DNA from: a virus
Taxonomy: Duplodnaviria; Caudoviricetes
Virus record (IMG/VR): IMGVR_UViG_3300032322_001668
Location: 1 to 40,808 of that record
DNA length: 40,808 nt
Strand: one strand, 5' to 3'
Shown: one piece after another, positions 35,403-40,808 of the stretch
How positions within the stretch are numbered: the first letter of the stretch is position 1
Layout: each line of letters opens with the position of its first letter
Position numbers and translations under genes: made by a program
The notes under the pieces: generated by a model
The model's database searches: none
Told to the model about the DNA's origin: nothing
What the model saw: the letters and a program-made list of their open reading frames with translations, nothing else

Positions 35403-38400
35403 TCACCTCACGTTGTAGATCGACCCGGCCTCGCGGACACGGCGGGCCTCTTCCTCGTTGCCGAAGCGGAAGCCGCTGTCGGTCAGCCCCTTGGCGCGGT
35501 CGCGCTGGTAGCGCTTGGCGAACTCTTTGAGCTTGGCGGGCGTCAGGCGCTCGTCTTCCGGCAGGCGGAGGTTGAGCTGCTTCAGCTCGTTGAGGATCTT
35601 CACGCGCTCGCCTTCCGTCCGCGCCTCGGCGAAGCGGTTCTTGATCCGCGTGACCTCTCGCCCGCGCTGGATCTCGTCGCCGCGAGCGTTGTACATCGCC
35701 GACTGACGCTCCGTCTGCTCCGCCTGACGCGCCGTGCGCAAGCCCAAGACGTTGAGCGCCGCAGTGCCGACGCCGATGGGCTCCGCCGTCTGCTTTCCGG
35801 TCGCGCCCGACGTCTTGCCGAACGTCACCTCGCGACCAGCCTTGATGCTGTCGGAGATGAACTTGGGCAGCGGCAGACGTTCGAACGCCTTGAACACGTC
35901 CTCCGACGACGCCTTGCCCGTCGCCGCATCCGCGAAGCCGCGTGCCGACTGCACCGCATCGAACACGAGACCGGCGGGAGCGCCGGCGAGCGTGGTGAAC
36001 GTCCAAGCCAGAGCGCCATCCTTCTCGTACTTGCGCGGCTCGCCGAAGGTCAGGAGGTTGTCGGCCCCCAGTCGGCTCGACAAGTCGATGCCGAAGCTGC
36101 GCGGGATGACGCCACGCGTGAGCAACTCCGCTGCGTCGTTGCCGAAGGTCTCCGCCATGGTGCGGCGCACCAAGCGCTCCCAGTCGTCGTAGCCGCCACC
36201 GAAGCCGAGCGCAGCAGCCGCCATCGCACCGAGCTTGATGACCTCCATGCCGGGGATGCCGAGCATGCCCGCCATCATGACGTGCATACCCATGAGGTAA
36301 GCGAGCTGCTTCTGCGCGACGCGCCGCTCCGCAGGGTCCGCGTCCTTGAAGGAGCGGTAGAGCATGTCGCCGAGCAGGGCGTACATGAGCTGCGCGTACT
36401 TCTTGAACTGCAGCGCGAGTCGGCCGAGCGGGTGGTTGAAGATCTGCGGAGCGTTGACCGCCGAGTAGTCGCCCTGCGTGTTCATCACCACGTCGAAGGC
36501 GTAGGCGCTCGCGTCCGCGTCCGACATGCCGCCGGCCTTGGCGAGGCGGTAAGCGGCGACGGCCGACACCGAGCGGTTGACGGCTTCCACCGCGATGGGG
36601 AGCTGACGGGCGATGCGGTCGAAGCGCGCCAGCGTCCTGCCCGTCGGCCCCATGCCCTGCGAGACAGACTGCGCCAGCTCAAAGCCCGCGCCGGGGTCGA
36701 TAGCGCCGCGCGACTCCATCATATCGAGCAACTGCAGCAGCGCCCGGCCGTCGGGCTGGCCGGCGAGCTTCGCCTTCAGCGAGCCGAGCACGTCCTCGGA
36801 GTTGAGGATCGCGGCCTTGGAGAAGCTCTGCGCCGCCCGCACGGTGTTGAGGATGCCCGCCCCCAGCGTATCGGTGATCCCGATGTCGCGGTAGGCGCGC
36901 GTCAGGGCGGCCGATGCCGACGTGATACCGTACCGACCGGAGAGCACCGGCAGCGTGTTCATCGCCACCTGCATGGAGTTCACGAAGGAGTAGGCGGGCG
37001 AGAACAGCTTGTCGAGGAACGACAGCGCCAAGAGGTTGTGGACGATGGGAGACGGCTCCGTCGGCGACACGATGTTGCTTTCGAAGCGCGCTTCCAGTTC
37101 GTTGAGGATCTGGTTGCGGGTGCCCTCGTCGCCGTCGTAGTTGCCCTTCTGCAACGCCCGCATGCGGCCCATCGCGTCACGCAGTGTCGGGCCGTATTCG
37201 ATCTTGCCGAGATAGCGCGACGCGGCCTCGGCGTACTGCAGGGTGTTGCGCGCCATGTCGGTCGACGCGCCGCGCACGTTGCGCCGGGTGATCGAGCGCT
37301 GCTGGATGCGGTTGCCCGCCATCAGGCGCAGCGCCGCCTCGTTGATCACCGAGCGAAGCTGGGTGCGCTTGGCTTCGTTCTTCTCGCCGGGGAAGCGGGA
37401 GTCGATGGAACTCATGATCGACGCGAGCTGGCCCGACGTGAGGTCGCCCATCGACTGTGCGTCGGCGCGATCCATAACGCCCGACACCTCGGCATAACCC
37501 GACGCGCGGGCCTCCTTCACGAACTCTGCAGCTTCCGCATAGCTGTCGAAAAAGTGTACGCCCTTGGTCTGCACCGTGACGCGGGTGGCGTAGTCGGTCG
37601 CCGTCGCCTCGTCGATGCGCCGAAAATCGGTGACGATGGACGCATCGTCGCGAAGCTGCGAGGCGAACGCTTTCGCCATGCGGTCGGCTTCGGCCTTGGT
37701 GGCGGCGCGGAACTCGACGACGCCCGGCTCGACGAGCCTACCGCCCATCAGGTTCTTGATGGCGTCGGTGGTGCGCACCACGAACTGCCCCTGACGCATC
37801 AGCGGGAAGTAGACGCCCTCGATGGCGCGGACTTCGCGCGCCTTTTTCAGCGCGTTGAAGATCGTCGGACCGAGCGTCTCCCGGTCCTTTGTCTCGTCGA
37901 GCGTGCCCGTCATCACGCGGTTGACGAGTTCGTCACGCGCCGCGCCGGTGAGGTTTACCTCTGCGGTATCGAGGATGTTCTCGACGAGGCCGCGAGTGAT
38001 CTCGTTCTGCGTGTCGCGGTAGTACTTCGTCATGTCCTTCCAAAGCGCGAGCGCTTCGGGGTCCGACATGATCGAGGAGAACTCCGACTGCATCGACGGC
38101 AGAAACGCCTTCGCCTGCCAGCCGAACCAAGCGTTCTTGCCGAGATGCTTGTTGTCGGCGTTGGGGCCGAGATTGACGTTCAGCATGGTGGCGCGGATGG
38201 CAAGGCGCGAGAAGCGCTCCGCACGCGCCGGGTCGCGGTCGGCGAAGTTCATGAAGCGCTGCGCGAGCTTCTCACCCACCTCGCGCTTCTTGTTGGCGAA
38301 GGGCGTCACCTTCTGCAGCGCGGTGACGAAGTCCTGCAGCGCGTCACCCTCGGCGTCGACGAACAGCCCCTTGAACTGCTGGCGGAGCTGGTCCGTCGTC

Positions 38401-40808
38401 ATGAGCTTGATCATGTTGCGACGCAGATTGAAGAACGCGCTCTCGCCACGCCCCCGCACCCGGTCCACCGCCTGATCGACGGCAGCGCGCGAGATGAATT
38501 GCGGCATTGCGGTGGCGGTCTGGCGCTGACTCGCCGCCATGCGACGGTTCAGCTCGCTCAGCGCCATGGTCTCCTCGCCCACGCGCATGACGGCTTCGAG
38601 CGCGGAGAAGGAGTTCTTGGGCAGGTTCAAGAGCCTGCGCACGACATCGACGATGGCCTGCCACGCCGACACGCGCCCACGCTGGAGACCGAGATCGCTG
38701 GCGAGGTCTTCGCTGATCTCCACCGTCCCAAGGAAGTCTTGGAACTGAGCGTTGGAGAAGGCTTCGGCGATGAACTCGGCGACATCGTTGCCCTCGAAGG
38801 CGTATCCGCCGGCGTTCTTGTTGATCGCCTCACGGCCTACCGCATATTCGACCTCCTTCATGATCCGGTCGAGCTGGTAGGCGAAGCCCGTCTTGTACTT
38901 CAAGAGGTTGCCGCTGCTCCTGATTTCGCGCGACGTCGCCGCGTGCACGGCCTCGTGCATCACGATATGGGCGAGAGCGCGGGGGTTCTGCAGCGCAGCA
39001 TCCGAGATCGCGATGAAGTCGCGGCTGTCGGGGTAGTAGACGCCGAGCGCGCCACCCTTGGTGAGCAGGCGCATGTCGGCGTCGGGCACGATATGGATTT
39101 CGAGATCCGGCACGATCTCCCTGACGCGCTTGCGGATGAAGGTCATCAGCGCGCGCGGCATCGGGGGCATCGTGGAGAAGTCGAGCGTGTCGAGAACGTC
39201 CTTGAGCGCGCGGGTGCTTCGGGGCGTAGAGAAGAAGCTCTGGCCCGCGCCCGTCGTCAGGATGACGTCGTTGGCGATGCCGGCGGCCTCGGCCGTGGCC
39301 GTTACCTGCGCGGTAAGCTCTTCCTCAGACACGAGGTCGAACTGCGTCAGATCGAGATCCTCGTCCGGTGCGAAAGTCGGGTCGACCTGCTCGTAGCTCG
39401 CCGGGACGGCGGAGCGCGCCATGGGGAAGAGCTGTTCCTCCCCGCGCGCGGGGTTGAACATCGTGGAGATCTGCTCGGGCTCGAAGACGGCATAGATGAC
39501 GTCCTGCGGGCCACCATCGAAGGTGTTGAGGAAGATTACGCCGTCACGGCCTTCACGTTTCGCCTGCCGGATGGCGTCGTAATATTTGACCTCGCGATAG
39601 CTCTCGCCCTTCTGGTCGATGACCAGCGGGTTCTTCAGGAAGATGCGCCCGAGGAACAGGTTCGGCGTGGCCGGATCGTTGCGTTCGAGAACCTCGACGA
39701 TGGCGTCGAAAAAGTCGTCTATGCTGCCGTCAAGGACCGAATGACGGTCTTTGTAGCGGGCGACCAAGGCGTCGAAGAGGTTCTTTTCGGCGACCGAAAG
39801 CCCCTCCATGCGGTCGCGGACCCATTTTACGGCATCCGTCGCTCCGCCCAGATTACCGAAATCCGCAAAATTGCCGATAGTCTGTTTCAGATACCGTTCC
39901 TCCGGCCGTCCGCGACGTCCGCCACGGGCGTAGGTGTTCGAGGTAGCCGGATTGCGGGCGAAGAAGAACGCCTCCTTGGCGGATGGAGCCCCGGTGTAGG
40001 AACCGAGGAACGCCTTTGCGAAGGCTTTAATCTCGTCAACGGTGCCGTGGAACACGTCCGCTACGGTCGGCTTGCCGGTCTCGTAGCGCAGCGCCGCACG
40101 CTCGCCGACCATGCGGACATGATCCTCGACGACGTCGGACACCATCTTGGTCAGCGCGTCGCGCGCCTCCGGCCGCAGGTCGGAGCGCATCTCGGTATTG
40201 CTCGCGAAATGAGACCGCACTTGGAAAGCGGTCTTGATCGCGCCGTCGAGCGCCCTGATCTGATTCTTGATGTCGGCGCGTACCGACGCGAACTGCAGGC
40301 CGACAAGATCGTCGGCATAGTCGCGCAGGAAGTCGTCGAGGGCGTCGGCGAGCCGGGTGCGTCCAGTCTGCTCCAGCTCCGTTGACGGCTTGATGTCGTC
40401 GTACAAGCGGGAGAGCGCCTTGTCGACCTTCGGGTCGGGTGCTCCATAGCCGTCATTGATGCGGCTGAACGCGTCGAAAAATCGGATCGCGTTGCGACTC
40501 TCGGAGAAGCGATAGACCTGCATCAGCTTCCGAAGCTCGGTGCCGAGCGCGCCTTCGACATTGGCGAAGGTCTCTTGAAGCTCGACGAGAAGGTTCGGGT
40601 TGACGACCCCGGCCCTGAGATCGAGTTCGCGCCCCTGCCAGCCGTCGAAAATCACGTTTGGGTCGTTCGCCAACACAATGTCGAGTGACGGGTCGGCGAC
40701 GGACGCCTTAGTCAATTCCGCCATACGGGCGCGGAAGCCCTCGATGTCGAAGACGCCGTCGTCGTTCTGCGCCGCCGCCGTCATGAAGTTCGGCGCTTCC
40801 AGTCCTTC
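35403..40808 (-). CDS. giant polyvalent internal virion/ejection protein (5' truncated, more than 1800 aa)
   Basis: Frame is open to the window edge. Contains an ART-like domain (VFHGT...FFF...YA...KNPL...DG.I..N...VF.PEQI), an HExxH metallopeptidase (HEAVH...EFIAEAFSN..FQ), a PLxRFG-like YFPLMRQG motif and a hydrophobic C-terminal domain. Confidence 0.85.
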   Translation of the reverse strand, partial: EGLEAPNFMTAAAQNDDGVFDIEGFRARMAELTKASVADPSLDIVLANDPNVIFDGWQGRELDLRAGVVNPNLLVELQETFANVEGALGTELRKLMQVYRFSESRNAIRFFDAFSRINDGYGAPDPKVDKALSRLYDDIKPSTELEQTGRTRLADALDDFLRDYADDLVGLQFASVRADIKNQIRALDGAIKTAFQVRSHFASNTEMRSDLRPEARDALTKMVSDVVEDHVRMVGERAALRYETGKPTVADVFHGTVDEIKAFAKAFLGSYTGAPSAKEAFFFARNPATSNTYARGGRRGRPEERYLKQTIGNFADFGNLGGATDAVKWVRDRMEGLSVAEKNLFDALVARYKDRHSVLDGSIDDFFDAIVEVLERNDPATPNLFLGRIFLKNPLVIDQKGESYREVKYYDAIRQAKREGRDGVIFLNTFDGGPQDVIYAVFEPEQISTMFNPARGEEQLFPMARSAVPASYEQVDPTFAPDEDLDLTQFDLVSEEELTAQVTATAEAAGIANDVILTTGAGQSFFSTPRSTRALKDVLDTLDFSTMPPMPRALMTFIRKRVREIVPDLEIHIVPDADMRLLTKGGALGVYYPDSRDFIAISDAALQNPRALAHIVMHEAVHAATSREIRSSGNLLKYKTGFAYQLDRIMKEVEYAVGREAINKNAGGYAFEGNDVAEFIAEAFSNAQFQDFLGTVEISEDLASDLGLQRGRVSAWQAIVDVVRRLLNLPKNSFSALEAVMRVGEETMALSELNRRMAASQRQTATAMPQFISRAAVDQAVDRVRGRGESAFFNLRRNMIKLMTTDQLRQQFKGLFVDAEGDALQDFVTALQKVTPFANKKREVGEKLAQRFMNFADRDPARAERFSRLAIRATMLNVNLGPNADNKHLGKNAWFGWQAKAFLPSMQSEFSSIMSDPEALALWKDMTKYYRDTQNEITRGLVENILDTAEVNLTGAARDELVNRVMTGTLDETKDRETLGPTIFNALKKAREVRAIEGVYFPLMRQGQFVVRTTDAIKNLMGGRLVEPGVVEFRAATKAEADRMAKAFASQLRDDASIVTDFRRIDEATATDYATRVTVQTKGVHFFDSYAEAAEFVKEARASGYAEVSGVMDRADAQSMGDLTSGQLASIMSSIDSRFPGEKNEAKRTQLRSVINEAALRLMAGNRIQQRSITRRNVRGASTDMARNTLQYAEAASRYLGKIEYGPTLRDAMGRMRALQKGNYDGDEGTRNQILNELEARFESNIVSPTEPSPIVHNLLALSFLDKLFSPAYSFVNSMQVAMNTLPVLSGRYGITSASAALTRAYRDIGITDTLGAGILNTVRAAQSFSKAAILNSEDVLGSLKAKLAGQPDGRALLQLLDMMESRGAIDPGAGFELAQSVSQGMGPTGRTLARFDRIARQLPIAVEAVNRSVSAVAAYRLAKAGGMSDADASAYAFDVVMNTQGDYSAVNAPQIFNHPLGRLALQFKKYAQLMYALLGDMLYRSFKDADPAERRVAQKQLAYLMGMHVMMAGMLGIPGMEVIKLGAMAAAALGFGGGYDDWERLVRRTMAETFGNDAAELLTRGVIPRSFGIDLSSRLGADNLLTFGEPRKYEKDGALAWTFTTLAGAPAGLVFDAVQSARGFADAATGKASSEDVFKAFERLPLPKFISDSIKAGREVTFGKTSGATGKQTAEPIGVGTAALNVLGLRTARQAEQTERQSAMYNARGDEIQRGREVTRIKNRFAEARTEGERVKILNELKQLNLRLPEDERLTPAKLKEFAKRYQRDRAKGLTDSGFRFGNEEEARRVREAGSIYNVR

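Larger units (their letters stand above)
5782..39315. repeat. dispersed 13-bp palindromic element TACC-N5-GGTA (39 exact copies)
   Basis: Starts at 5782, 7647, 12787, 14539, 14923, 15319, 15514, 16256, 16318, 16539, 16703, 16821, 17127, 17635, 18134, 18362, 18428, 19000, 19600, 19921, 20770, 21188, 21537, 22305, 24115, 25131, 25527, 25822, 27225, 27489, 28448, 29731, 30902, 32252, 33084, 34080, 36287, 37956, 39303. Near-copies at 17545, 18911, 19207, 23097, 23352, 26524, 28864, 29945, 35129. Confidence 0.93.

Noticed and set aside
5782-39315. The element is only a strong Shine-Dalgarno sequence
   Set aside because: An SD explains only the AGGT half. The fixed TACC at N5 spacing and the 22 copies that are not at start codons remain unexplained.
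5782-39315. The element is a restriction/methylation site or a known host site (CtrA, LexA, parS)
   Set aside because: It does not match CtrA TTAA-N7-TTAA, alphaproteobacterial LexA GTTC-N7-GTTC or parS. Phages deplete rather than enrich restriction sites, and no methyltransferase is visible in the window.
36282-40385. 1367-aa plus-strand ORF and other long antisense ORFs (e.g. 9021-10322, 19399-20961, 27381-28658)
   Set aside because: These are shadow ORFs opposite well-supported genes, expected from high GC3 codon bias, and they contain no recognisable motifs.

Overview
This window is a 40.8-kb segment of a GC-rich, podovirus-like tailed phage genome, probably infecting an alphaproteobacterium (inferred from the DUF6127-like gene, 3TM holin and promoter/boxA style). 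It is truncated at both ends. The left arm (minus strand) carries portal, scaffold, major capsid, head-tail adaptors, a cluster of short tail-fibre genes and holins. An inverted terminase cassette lies on the plus strand (11168-13981). A control region (14267-15530) has G-tracts, a boxA-like structured leader and an AT-rich origin-like segment. A long rightward early/replication arm follows: small ORFs, XRE HTH, MoxR AAA+ and vWA/metallopeptidase, PolA, wHTH, Cas4-like nuclease, VRR-NUC, SNF2 helicase, SSB-like protein and primase-helicase. The right end (minus strand) has a giant polyvalent virion protein, an HNH nuclease and an HTH-metallophosphoesterase. The main unexplained signal is a 13-bp palindromic element, TACC-N5-GGTA (core TACCTCNGAGGTA). 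I counted by eye 39 exact copies plus about 9 near-copies, where fewer than about 1 is expected by chance. It doubles as the ribosome-binding site of most early genes, sits inside a promoter spacer, and is embedded in coding sequences using otherwise rare codons, which suggests a genome-wide operator/stoperator-like system. A second, diverged copy of the HTH-metallophosphoesterase gene begins at the left edge. No integrase, endolysin, tRNA or CRISPR was seen. Family assignments are from motif recognition, not database searches.
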